DNA of 64,000 nt, taken from assembly GCF_013167455.1 (NCBI RefSeq), contig NZ_CP038328.1; one strand, given 5' to 3'. Origin of the DNA: Escherichia coli O157:H7. Lineage in GTDB: Bacteria; Pseudomonadota; Gammaproteobacteria; Enterobacterales; Enterobacteriaceae. This document shows positions 31,484 to 43,270 of the stretch, piece by piece. The notes below the pieces were generated by a model. It had not been told where the DNA came from and searched no databases. It saw only the letters and a list, made by a program, of their open reading frames with translations. Each line of letters starts with the position of its first letter. Position 1 is the first letter of the stretch. The translations under genes and the position numbers were made by a program.

Positions 31484-32337
31484 TGTTAAGTCATAACATA
31501 ACGATTGGCGCGGAATGCGCGCGCCAACGCTTTCGTTTTGCAACATGTCATGCCTGTGTCGAGGCTTGCCCGGCACAGGCGCTAACGCTGACAGAAGAGG
31601 GCATAGCGGTCGACGCGGAACAATGTATTGATTGTGCGGTTTGCCAGTTTATTTGTCCGCAAGAGGCTATTCGTGGCGTTAATTCCCCTTTACGTTATTT
31701 TTGCAATCACACCCTGGTCGCACCTTTCACCACTATTGCGCCGACGCTGGAAGAACTTTTGCTATGGCATAAAGAGCAGGGGATCACAGCGATCGCGATT
31801 GATCTGAGTCAGGCGAAGGCATGGGAGCGCGCATTATTGCTGTTAAACGAATGCTTACGGCAATATGGCGAGGAAGGCTGGTCTGTGGTATCTCCACATA
31901 CCAGTGAGGTGAATGTTTCCCGGCGTCGTTTGTTCCATGTGCAGCGTGCGGATGTTCAGATGACACAAATACAACCAGGATTACGTCGGTTACATTATTT
32001 ATGGCCCCAGATTAGTGATGCTCGCCCGATGATGGATCCTCAAAAGTGTCAGCTTTGCGGTGCATGCTGGCGGGCCTGCGAGCAACAGGTCTTTTCGCTT
32101 AACGAAGGCCATTTACAAATAAATGATGCCTTGTGTAACGGATGCCAAAATTGTATTGCTGTTTGTTTTCATCAGGCAATGACCGTTGAATTGACGATTC
32201 TACCGGCAAAAATTGTGAATCTTCATGCTAATCGCAAAGTCTGTAAAACCTGTCAAAAATCCTTTCTTACTTTTCAGCAAAATGCGCAAAATTGTCTTTA
32301 TTGCCAACGTCATCGTTATGGGATGAGAACACCATAA
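31483..32337 (+). CDS. Cysteine-rich polyferredoxin-like protein (NapF/iron-sulfur maturation-like?), function unknown
   Basis: 284 aa ORF, no signal peptide; motifs CHACVEACP, CIDCAVCQFICP, CQLCGACWRACE, CNGCQNCIAVC, plus C-terminal CKTC-x13-CLYC; translationally coupled to the membrane subunit. Confidence 0.7.
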   Translation: MLSHNITIGAECARQRFRFATCHACVEACPAQALTLTEEGIAVDAEQCIDCAVCQFICPQEAIRGVNSPLRYFCNHTLVAPFTTIAPTLEELLLWHKEQGITAIAIDLSQAKAWERALLLLNECLRQYGEEGWSVVSPHTSEVNVSRRRLFHVQRADVQMTQIQPGLRRLHYLWPQISDARPMMDPQKCQLCGACWRACEQQVFSLNEGHLQINDALCNGCQNCIAVCFHQAMTVELTILPAKIVNLHANRKVCKTCQKSFLTFQQNAQNCLYCQRHRYGMRTP

Positions 32338-32477
32338 AAGTCGAGTTGTTGCTAAAACTCATTTTATTTTAAAAAAATGTTACCTTCATCAATAGTCAAC
32401 GGCTCTGTTGCTCATTATAATCCGCGCCATCTCGTACGCTGGTACAGACAACAACAGAACAATTTACAGAGGTAAAA

Positions 32478-32909
32478 ATGGCTATTGAACGTACTTTTTC
32501 CATTATCAAACCGAACGCGGTAGCAAAAAACGTCATTGGTAATATCTTTGCGCGCTTTGAAGCTGCAGGGTTCAAAATTGTCGGCACCAAAATGCTGCAC
32601 CTGACCGTTGAACAGGCACGTGGCTTTTATGCTGAACACGATGGAAAACCGTTCTTTGATGGTCTGGTTGAATTCATGACCTCTGGCCCGATCGTGGTTT
32701 CCGTGCTGGAAGGTGAAAACGCCGTTCAGCGTCACCGCGATCTGCTGGGCGCGACCAATCCGGCAAACGCACTGGCCGGTACTCTGCGCGCTGATTACGC
32801 TGACAGCCTGACCGAAAACGGTACCCACGGTTCTGATTCCGTCGAATCTGCCGCTCGCGAAATCGCTTATTTCTTCGGCGAAGGCGAAGTGTGCCCGCGC
32901 ACCCGTTAA
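32478..32909 (+). CDS. ndk: Nucleoside diphosphate kinase
   Basis: 143 aa [24 protein letters not shown] with active-site NGTHGSDS. Confidence 0.95.
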
Positions 32910-33058
32910 TAATTTCGTAAATGCCGCGTGCAAACGTGGCATCCGTGCGCCAGAATTTGTACAATGCAGCGCCCCCGGACGAGCAGCCGCTCACCGGGGC
33001 GTTTCTTTTTTCAACCCTCCAGGGGCCATAACGTGTAATAACGAGGCCGGAATAGCAT

Positions 33059-34213
33059 ATGTCTGAACAATTAGTCACACCTGAAAACGTCACCACCAAA
33101 GATGGAAAAATCAACCTGCTGGATCTCAATCGTCAGCAGATGCGGGAGTTTTTTAAAGATTTAGGTGAAAAACCCTTCCGCGCCGATCAGGTGATGAAGT
33201 GGATGTATCACTATTGCTGCGACAATTTTGATGAGATGACCGACATCAACAAAGTGTTGCGCGGCAAACTGAAAGAGGTGGCGGAGATCCGCGCACCGGA
33301 AGTGGTTGAAGAACAGCGTTCATCTGACGGCACCATTAAATGGGCGATTGCCGTGGGTGACCAGCGTGTCGAAACGGTGTACATCCCGGAAGACGACCGC
33401 GCTACGCTCTGCGTCTCTTCGCAGGTGGGGTGTGCGCTGGAGTGTAAATTCTGTTCCACCGCCCAGCAGGGCTTTAACCGCAACCTGCGGGTATCGGAAA
33501 TTATTGGCCAGGTGTGGCGTGCGGCGAAAATCGTCGGCGCAGCAAAAGTCACCGGTCAGCGCCCAATCACTAACGTAGTGATGATGGGCATGGGCGAGCC
33601 GCTGCTCAACCTGAACAACGTCGTTCCGGCGATGGAAATCATGCTTGATGATTTCGGTTTTGGTCTGTCTAAACGTCGCGTGACGCTTTCCACTTCCGGT
33701 GTAGTTCCAGCGCTGGATAAACTGGGCGATATGATCGATGTTGCGCTGGCAATTTCCCTGCACGCGCCGAACGACGAAATTCGTGACGAAATTGTGCCGA
33801 TCAACAAAAAGTACAATATCGAAACGTTCCTTGCTGCGGTGCGCCGTTATCTGGAGAAATCCAACGCCAATCAGGGCCGAGTCACTATTGAATACGTGAT
33901 GCTTGACCACGTTAACGACGGCACTGAACACGCGCACCAACTGGCGGAACTGCTGAAAGATACGCCGTGTAAGATCAACCTGATCCCGTGGAACCCGTTC
34001 CCGGCTGCGCCGTATGGACGCAGCTCGAACAGCCGTATCGACCGTTTCTCAAAAGTGCTGATGAGCTACGGTTTCACCACTATTGTGCGTAAAACGCGTG
34101 GTGATGATATCGATGCTGCCTGTGGTCAGTTGGCGGGCGATGTTATCGACCGTACGAAACGTACCCTGCGTAAACGGATGCAGGGTGAAGCCATCGACAT
34201 TAAAGCGGTCTGA
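33059..34213 (+). CDS. rlmN: Radical SAM 23S rRNA/tRNA adenine-C2 methyltransferase
   Basis: 384 aa ORF with radical SAM CxxxCxxC ([10 protein letters not shown]). Confidence 0.93.
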   Translation: MSEQLVTPENVTTKDGKINLLDLNRQQMREFFKDLGEKPFRADQVMKWMYHYCCDNFDEMTDINKVLRGKLKEVAEIRAPEVVEEQRSSDGTIKWAIAVGDQRVETVYIPEDDRATLCVSSQVGCALECKFCSTAQQGFNRNLRVSEIIGQVWRAAKIVGAAKVTGQRPITNVVMMGMGEPLLNLNNVVPAMEIMLDDFGFGLSKRRVTLSTSGVVPALDKLGDMIDVALAISLHAPNDEIRDEIVPINKKYNIETFLAAVRRYLEKSNANQGRVTIEYVMLDHVNDGTEHAHQLAELLKDTPCKINLIPWNPFPAAPYGRSSNSRIDRFSKVLMSYGFTTIVRKTRGDDIDAACGQLAGDVIDRTKRTLRKRMQGEAIDIKAV

Positions 34214-34217
34214 TAGC

Positions 34218-34260
34218 CATTACGCCACGGTTACTTTATGTACCGTGGCGTAATGTTTTA
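34218..34260 (+). terminator. Rho-independent terminator after rlmN
   Basis: 13 bp inverted repeat cattacgccacgg / ccgtggcgtaatg followed by tttta. Confidence 0.6.
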
Positions 34261-34497
34261 TGAATGAAGTATTAAGTTGCAATTGTCTGGTCAATATTAA
34301 CGGTGCGTTTTTGCTGACTTTAAGGCAGTATGTAACGATGCAACAGTAAGTTAGCCTTAGTGAATGTGGGCTTTGTCACGAGCACACAGACGGTCTTATA
34401 CTGTATGATAACGGTTAACTTAACGGATGTTTCGCGGTGTGGGTGAGCATGATGGTTCACCGGCATCTCAATTCTCATTTAAACGTACCTGCAGCGA

Positions 34498-35511
34498 ATG
34501 AATACTGAAGCCACGCACGACCAAAATGAAGCACTTACTACCGGCGCTCGCCTGCGTAATGCTCGCGAACAACTAGGACTTAGTCAGCAGGCCGTTGCCG
34601 AGCGACTTTGCCTGAAGGTTTCCACGGTACGCGACATTGAAGAAGATAAGGCACCCGCCGATCTTGCTTCAACATTCCTGCGCGGATATATCCGCTCTTA
34701 TGCGCGTCTGGTACATATTCCAGAAGAAGAACTGCTGCCAGGGCTGGAAAAGCAGGCTCCACTACGGGCTGCAAAAGTTGCGCCGATGCAGAGTTTTTCC
34801 CTCGGTAAACGCCGCAAAAAACGCGACGGCTGGCTGATGACCTTCACCTGGCTGGTGTTGTTTGTGGTTATCGGCCTGAGCGGTGCCTGGTGGTGGCAAG
34901 ACCACAAAGCTCAGCAGGAAGAGATCACCACTATGGCCGATCAATCTTCGGCGGAACTGAGCAGTAATAGCGAGCAGGGGCAGAGTGTTCCGTTAAATAC
35001 GTCGACAACTACAGACCCGGCTACAACGTCCACGCCGCCAGCGTCTGTGGATACTACCGCAACCAACACGCAAACACCTGTCGTAACTGCGCCAGCACCA
35101 GCTGTTGATCCGCAACAGAATGCGGTTGTTTCGCCTTCGCAGGCAAATGTTGATACCGCCGCGACCCCGGCACCAACGGCAGCAACAACGCCAGATGGTG
35201 CTGCGCCGTTGCCAACCGATCAGGCTGGCGTGACCACGCCGGTGGCTGATCCGAATGCGCTGGTGATGAACTTTACTGCCGATTGCTGGCTGGAGGTCAC
35301 TGATGCTACCGGTAAAAAATTGTTTAGCGGTATGCAGCGTAAAGACGGTAATTTGAACTTAACCGGCCAGGCACCGTACAAACTGAAAATTGGTGCGCCA
35401 GCCGCAGTACAGATCCAGTATCAAGGGAAACCTGTCGATCTGAGTCGTTTTATCAGAACTAACCAGGTTGCGCGTCTGACCCTCAATGCCGAACAATCAC
35501 CGGCGCAGTAA
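34498..35511 (+). CDS. rodZ: Cytoskeleton protein RodZ (HTH, TM segment, Pro/Thr/Ala-rich linker)
   Basis: 337 aa ORF; N-terminal XRE HTH; central hydrophobic segment; low-complexity linker. Confidence 0.92.
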   Translation: MNTEATHDQNEALTTGARLRNAREQLGLSQQAVAERLCLKVSTVRDIEEDKAPADLASTFLRGYIRSYARLVHIPEEELLPGLEKQAPLRAAKVAPMQSFSLGKRRKKRDGWLMTFTWLVLFVVIGLSGAWWWQDHKAQQEEITTMADQSSAELSSNSEQGQSVPLNTSTTTDPATTSTPPASVDTTATNTQTPVVTAPAPAVDPQQNAVVSPSQANVDTAATPAPTAATTPDGAAPLPTDQAGVTTPVADPNALVMNFTADCWLEVTDATGKKLFSGMQRKDGNLNLTGQAPYKLKIGAPAAVQIQYQGKPVDLSRFIRTNQVARLTLNAEQSPAQ

Positions 35512-35537
35512 CAGACGGGTAACGCGGGAGATTTTTC

Positions 35538-36656
35538 ATGCATAACCAGGCTCCAATTCAACGTAGAAAATCAACACGTATTTACGTTGGGAATGTGCCG
35601 ATTGGCGATGGTGCTCCCATCGCCGTACAGTCCATGACCAATACGCGTACGACAGATGTCGAAGCAACGGTCAATCAAATCAAGGCGCTGGAACGCGTTG
35701 GCGCTGATATCGTCCGTGTCTCCGTACCGACGATGGACGCGGCAGAAGCGTTCAAACTCATCAAACAGCAGGTTAACGTGCCGCTGGTGGCTGACATCCA
35801 CTTCGACTATCGCATTGCGCTGAAAGTAGCGGAATACGGCGTCGATTGTCTGCGTATTAACCCTGGCAATATCGGTAATGAAGAGCGTATTCGCATGGTG
35901 GTTGACTGTGCGCGCGATAAAAACATTCCGATCCGTATTGGCGTTAACGCCGGATCGCTGGAAAAAGATCTGCAAGAAAAGTATGGCGAACCGACGCCGC
36001 AGGCGTTGCTGGAATCCGCCATGCGCCATGTTGATCATCTCGATCGCCTGAACTTCGATCAGTTCAAAGTCAGCGTGAAAGCGTCTGACGTCTTCCTCGC
36101 TGTTGAGTCTTATCGTTTGCTGGCAAAACAAATCGATCAGCCGCTGCATCTGGGGATCACCGAAGCGGGTGGCGCGCGCAGCGGGGCAGTAAAATCCGCC
36201 ATTGGTTTAGGTCTGCTGCTGTCTGAAGGCATCGGCGACACGCTGCGCGTATCACTGGCGGCCGATCCGGTCGAAGAGATCAAAGTCGGTTTCGATATTT
36301 TGAAATCGCTTCGTATCCGTTCGCGAGGTATCAACTTCATCGCCTGTCCGACCTGTTCGCGTCAGGAATTTGATGTTATCGGTACAGTTAACGCGCTGGA
36401 GCAACGCCTGGAAGATATCATCACTCCGATGGACGTTTCGATTATCGGCTGCGTGGTGAATGGCCCGGGTGAGGCGCTGGTTTCTACACTCGGCGTCACC
36501 GGCGGCAACAAGAAAAGCGGTCTCTATGAAGATGGCGTGCGCAAAGACCGTCTGGACAACAACGATATGATCGACCAGCTGGAGGCACGCATTCGTGCGA
36601 AAGCCAGTCAGCTGGACGAAGCGCGTCGAATTGACGTTCAGCAGGTTGAAAAATAA
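35538..36656 (+). CDS. ispG: 4-hydroxy-3-methylbut-2-en-1-yl diphosphate synthase (MEP pathway)
   Basis: 372 aa ORF; C-terminal Cys ligands CPTCSR...C. Confidence 0.94.
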
Positions 36657-36750
36657 TAACGTGATGGGAAGCGCCTCGCTTCCCGTGTATGATTGAACCC
36701 GCATGGCTCCCGAAACATTGAGGGAAGCGTTGAGGGTTCATTTTTATATT
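36657..36750 (+). ncRNA. sroE: Possible SroE sRNA (3'UTR-derived, ispG-hisS intergenic region)
   Basis: Assigned by position only: SroE is recalled to lie between ispG (gcpE) and hisS; hairpin gggaagcgcctcgcttccc is present. Confidence 0.3.
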
Positions 36751-36766
36751 CAGAAAGAGAATAAAC

Positions 36767-38041
36767 GTGGCAAAAAACATTCAAGCCATTCGCGGCATGA
36801 ACGATTACCTGCCTGGCGAAACGGCCATCTGGCAGCGCATTGAAGGCACACTGAAAAACGTGCTCGGCAGCTACGGTTACAGTGAAATCCGCTTGCCGAT
36901 TGTAGAGCAGACCCCGCTATTCAAACGTGCGATTGGTGAAGTCACCGACGTGGTTGAAAAAGAGATGTACACCTTTGAGGATCGCAATGGCGACAGCCTG
37001 ACTCTGCGCCCTGAAGGGACGGCGGGCTGTGTACGCGCCGGCATCGAGCATGGTCTTCTGTACAATCAGGAACAGCGTCTGTGGTATATCGGGCCGATGT
37101 TCCGTCACGAGCGTCCGCAGAAAGGGCGTTATCGTCAGTTCCATCAGTTGGGCTGCGAAGTTTTCGGTCTGCAAGGTCCGGATATCGACGCTGAACTGAT
37201 TATGCTCACCGCCCGCTGGTGGCGCGCGCTGGGTATTTCCGAACACGTAACTCTTGAGCTGAATTCTATCGGTTCGCTGGAAGCACGCGCCAATTACCGC
37301 GATGCGCTGGTGGCATTCCTTGAGCAGCATAAAGAAAAGCTGGACGAAGACTGCAAACGCCGCATGTACACTAACCCGCTGCGCGTGCTGGATTCAAAAA
37401 ATCCGGAAGTGCAGGCGCTTCTCAACGACGCTCCGGCATTAGGTGATTATCTGGACGAGGAATCTCGTGAGCATTTTGCCGGTCTGTGCAAACTGCTTGA
37501 GAGCGCGGGGATCGCTTACACCGTAAACCAGCGTCTGGTGCGTGGTCTGGATTACTACAACCGTACCGTTTTCGAGTGGGTGACTAACAGTCTCGGCTCC
37601 CAGGGCACCGTGTGTGCAGGCGGTCGTTATGACGGTCTTGTGGAACAACTGGGCGGCCGTGCAACACCGGCTGTCGGTTTTGCGATGGGCCTCGAACGTC
37701 TTGTATTGTTAGTACAGGCCGTTAATCCGGAATTTAAAGCCGATCCTGTTGTCGATATATACCTGGTGGCTTCAGGTGCTGATACACAATCTGCGGCTAT
37801 GGCATTAGCTGAGCGTCTGCGTGATGAATTACCGGGCGTGAAATTGATGACCAACCACGGCGGCGGCAACTTTAAGAAACAGTTTGCCCGTGCTGATAAA
37901 TGGGGTGCCCGCGTTGCTGTGGTGCTGGGTGAGTCTGAAGTGGCTAACGGCACAGCAGTAGTGAAGGATTTGCGCTCTGGTGAGCAAACGGCAGTTGCGC
38001 AGGATAGCGTAGCCGCGCATTTGCGCACGTTACTGGGTTAA
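36767..38041 (+). CDS. hisS: Histidyl-tRNA synthetase
   Basis: 424 aa ORF, GTG start; class II aaRS motifs. Confidence 0.94.
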
Positions 38042-38058
38042 GGAAGGAGAAGGACAGC

Positions 38059-38679
38059 GTGGAAATTTACGAGAACGAAAACGACCAGGTAGAAGCGATT
38101 AAACGCTTTTTTGCTGAAAATGGCAAAGCACTGGCTGTTGGGGTGATTTTGGGCGTTGGCGCACTGATTGGCTGGCGCTACTGGAACAGCCATCAGGTTG
38201 ATTCTGCACGCTCCGCTTCTCTTGCCTATCAAAATGCGGTTACCGCAGTGAGCGAAGGCAAACCGGATAGCATCCCGGCGGCGGAAAAATTTGCTGCTGA
38301 AAATAAAAATACTTATGGTGCGCTGGCTTCTTTGGAACTTGCGCAGCAATTTGTTGACAAAAATGAACTAGAGAAAGCTGCCGCCCAGTTACAACAGGGG
38401 CTGGCAGACACGAGCGATGAAAATCTCAAAGCCGTGATAAATCTGCGTCTTGCTCGCGTTCAGGTACAGCTCAAGCAGGCTGATGCCGCGCTGAAAACCC
38501 TTGATACCATCAAAGGTGAAGGGTGGGCTGCCATTGTTGCCGACCTGCGTGGTGAAGCATTGCTGAGCAAAGGTGATAAGCAAGGTGCGCGTAGTGCATG
38601 GGAAGCAGGCGTGAAAAGCGATGTTACTCCGGCACTGAGCGAAATGATGCAGATGAAAATTAATAATTTGTCCATCTGA
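38059..38679 (+). CDS. yfgM: Membrane-anchored TPR-like periplasmic protein YfgM
   Basis: 206 aa ORF, GTG start, one N-terminal TM segment. Confidence 0.88.
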   Translation: MEIYENENDQVEAIKRFFAENGKALAVGVILGVGALIGWRYWNSHQVDSARSASLAYQNAVTAVSEGKPDSIPAAEKFAAENKNTYGALASLELAQQFVDKNELEKAAAQLQQGLADTSDENLKAVINLRLARVQVQLKQADAALKTLDTIKGEGWAAIVADLRGEALLSKGDKQGARSAWEAGVKSDVTPALSEMMQMKINNLSI

Positions 38680-38689
38680 GAGGGACCCG

Positions 38690-39868
38690 ATGCAATTGCG
38701 TAAATTACTGCTGCCAGGACTGCTTTCCGTTACCCTTTTAAGCGGCTGTTCGCTGTTTAACAGCGAAGAAGATGTGGTAAAGATGTCCCCATTGCCAACC
38801 GTTGAAAACCAGTTTACGCCGACCACGGCGTGGAGCACTTCCGTTGGTAGCGGCATTGGCAACTTCTATTCCAATCTTCATCCGGCACTGGCGGACAACG
38901 TTGTCTATGCAGCGGACCGCGCTGGTTTAGTAAAAGCGCTGAATGCGGATGATGGCAAAGAAATCTGGTCTGTCAGCCTGGCCGAGAAAGATGGCTGGTT
39001 CTCTAAAGAGCCTGCATTACTTTCTGGCGGTGTGACCGTGTCTGGTGGACATGTCTACATTGGCAGCGAAAAGGCGCAGGTTTACGCGCTGAATACCAGC
39101 GATGGTACTGTGGCATGGCAAACTAAAGTCGCGGGTGAAGCACTTTCGCGCCCGGTGGTCAGCGACGGTCTGGTGTTAATCCACACCAGTAACGGTCAGT
39201 TACAAGCGCTGAACGAAGCTGACGGCGCTGTCAAATGGACAGTTAACCTCGATATGCCTTCGCTCTCTTTGCGTGGCGAGTCTGCGCCGGCAACGGCTTT
39301 TGGTGCGGCCGTCGTGGGGGGCGATAATGGTCGCGTCAGCGCAGTGCTGATGGAACAGGGCCAGATGATTTGGCAGCAGCGTATTTCCCAAGCGACCGGT
39401 TCTACCGAAATTGACCGTCTGAGCGATGTTGACACGACTCCCGCCGTTGTTAACGGCGTTGTTTTCGCGCTGGCCTATAATGGTAACCTGACGGCGCTTG
39501 ATCTGCGCAGTGGTCAGATTATGTGGAAACGCGAACTGGGTTCGGTGAATGATTTCATCGTCGACGGCAATCGCATCTATCTGGTCGATCAAAATGACCG
39601 GGTGATGGCGTTGACCATTGATGGCGGCGTTACGCTGTGGACACAAAGCGATCTGCTGCATCGCCTGCTGACTTCTCCGGTGCTGTATAATGGCAACCTG
39701 GTGGTCGGTGACAGTGAAGGTTATTTGCACTGGATTAACGTCGAAGATGGTCGTTTCGTTGCCCAGCAAAAAGTTGATAGTTCCGGTTTCCAGACTGAAC
39801 CGGTTGCCGCTGACGGCAAACTGCTGATCCAGGCAAAAGACGGAACCGTGTACTCTATTACACGTTAA
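38690..39868 (+). CDS. bamB: Outer membrane protein assembly factor BamB (PQQ beta-propeller lipoprotein)
   Basis: 392 aa ORF; lipobox LLSGCS. Confidence 0.93.
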   Translation: MQLRKLLLPGLLSVTLLSGCSLFNSEEDVVKMSPLPTVENQFTPTTAWSTSVGSGIGNFYSNLHPALADNVVYAADRAGLVKALNADDGKEIWSVSLAEKDGWFSKEPALLSGGVTVSGGHVYIGSEKAQVYALNTSDGTVAWQTKVAGEALSRPVVSDGLVLIHTSNGQLQALNEADGAVKWTVNLDMPSLSLRGESAPATAFGAAVVGGDNGRVSAVLMEQGQMIWQQRISQATGSTEIDRLSDVDTTPAVVNGVVFALAYNGNLTALDLRSGQIMWKRELGSVNDFIVDGNRIYLVDQNDRVMALTIDGGVTLWTQSDLLHRLLTSPVLYNGNLVVGDSEGYLHWINVEDGRFVAQQKVDSSGFQTEPVAADGKLLIQAKDGTVYSITR

Positions 39869-39985
39869 TCGTCTCTGTCGTTCACTTTGAAAACGGCTCC
39901 TGGACAGGGGCCGTTTTCCTGTTTTTAACAACGACGCGAATATAGCGTGCGTTGTCTGATGATTTATAAAAATGAGGCTTTAAAC

Positions 39986-41458
39986 ATGGTACCTGTGGTC
40001 GCGCTTGTCGGGCGCCCTAACGTAGGAAAATCCACGTTATTTAACCGTCTAACTCGCACCCGAGATGCGCTGGTTGCGGATTTCCCGGGTCTGACTCGTG
40101 ACCGTAAGTACGGTCGTGCGGAAATTGAAGGCCGTGAGTTTATCTGTATTGATACCGGCGGGATTGATGGCACAGAAGACGGTGTAGAAACCCGCATGGC
40201 GGAACAGTCGCTGCTGGCGATTGAAGAAGCGGACGTCGTACTGTTTATGGTGGATGCGCGCGCGGGCCTGATGCCGGCAGATGAAGCGATTGCCAAACAT
40301 CTGCGCTCCCGTGAAAAACCGACCTTCCTGGTGGCAAACAAAACTGACGGTCTGGATCCCGATCAGGCAGTGGTTGATTTCTACTCGCTTGGTTTAGGTG
40401 AAATCTACCCGATCGCCGCGTCTCACGGTCGTGGCGTATTAAGTCTGCTGGAGCATGTGCTACTGCCGTGGATGGAAGATCTCGCACCGCAAGAGGAAGT
40501 CGACGAAGACGCTGAATACTGGGCGCAATTTGAAGCGGAAGAGAACGGCGAAGAAGAAGAGGAAGACGACTTCGACCCGCAAAGTCTGCCGATCAAACTG
40601 GCGATTGTGGGTCGTCCGAACGTAGGTAAGTCTACACTCACTAACCGTATTCTTGGTGAAGAGCGCGTTGTTGTTTATGACATGCCTGGTACGACGCGTG
40701 ACAGTATCTACATTCCAATGGAACGCGATGGACGTGAGTATGTGCTCATTGACACCGCTGGCGTACGTAAACGCGGCAAAATCACCGATGCTGTAGAGAA
40801 ATTCTCCGTAATCAAAACGTTGCAGGCCATTGAAGACGCCAACGTGGTGATGTTAGTGATTGATGCGCGCGAAGGTATTTCCGATCAGGATCTCTCGCTG
40901 CTGGGCTTTATTCTCAATAGTGGGCGCTCACTTGTCATTGTGGTGAATAAGTGGGATGGCCTGAGTCAGGAAGTGAAAGAGCAGGTGAAAGAAACGCTGG
41001 ACTTCCGTCTGGGCTTTATCGATTTTGCTCGTGTGCACTTTATCTCTGCCTTGCACGGCAGTGGTGTTGGTAACTTGTTTGAATCAGTACGTGAAGCGTA
41101 TGACAGCTCCACCCGTCGTGTGGGGACCTCTATGCTGACGCGCATCATGACGATGGCTGTTGAAGATCACCAACCGCCGCTGGTACGCGGTCGTCGTGTG
41201 AAGCTGAAATATGCACACGCCGGTGGTTATAATCCGCCGATTGTGGTGATTCACGGTAATCAGGTGAAAGACCTGCCTGATTCCTACAAGCGTTACTTGA
41301 TGAACTACTTCCGCAAATCGCTGGACGTAATGGGATCGCCGATTCGTATTCAGTTCAAAGAAGGGGAAAACCCGTATGCGAACAAGCGTAACACCCTGAC
41401 GCCAACCCAGATGCGTAAACGTAAGCGTCTGATGAAGCACATCAAGAAAAATAAATAA
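39986..41458 (+). CDS. der: Ribosome-associated GTPase Der/EngA (tandem GTPase domains)
   Basis: ORF track frame 39947..41458; start chosen at [17 protein letters not shown] (490 aa); two P-loops GRPNVGKS; acidic linker. Confidence 0.93.
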
Positions 41459-41526
41459 TTATCCGTAAGTATTTTATCTGCCATTCCCTCTATGAATGTA
41501 GAGGGGTGGCTACCGGAGGAATTCAT

Positions 41527-43139
<1,613 letters not shown>

Positions 43140-43185
43140 TTATTCAGTCGATAGTAACCCGCCCTTCGGGGATAGCAAGCATTTT

Positions 43186-43227
43186 TTGCAAAAAGGGGTA
43201 GATGCAATCGGTTACGCTCTGTATAAT
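43186..43227 (+). promoter_or_regulatory. guaBA promoter region (-10 TATAAT at 43222..43227)
   Basis: Perfect TATAAT 44 bp upstream of the guaB ATG; the -35 assignment is uncertain. Confidence 0.4.
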
Positions 43228-43270
43228 GCCGCGGCAATATTTATTAACCACTCTGGTCGAGATATTGCCC

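Noticed and set aside
27499-32477. Possibility that the pbpC-ndk insert is a mobile genomic island or prophage remnant
   Set aside because: No integrase, transposase, tRNA attachment site, flanking direct repeats or phage genes; coding GC looks host-like by eye. More likely a chromosomal locus variably retained among strains.
33320-33940. 206 aa minus-strand ORF inside rlmN
   Set aside because: Antisense shadow ORF.
34900-35250. Pro/Thr/Ala-rich repetitive stretch in rodZ
   Set aside because: Low-complexity periplasmic linker of RodZ, not a DNA-level tandem repeat or mobile element.
39200-39931. 243 aa minus-strand ORF inside bamB
   Set aside because: Antisense shadow ORF.
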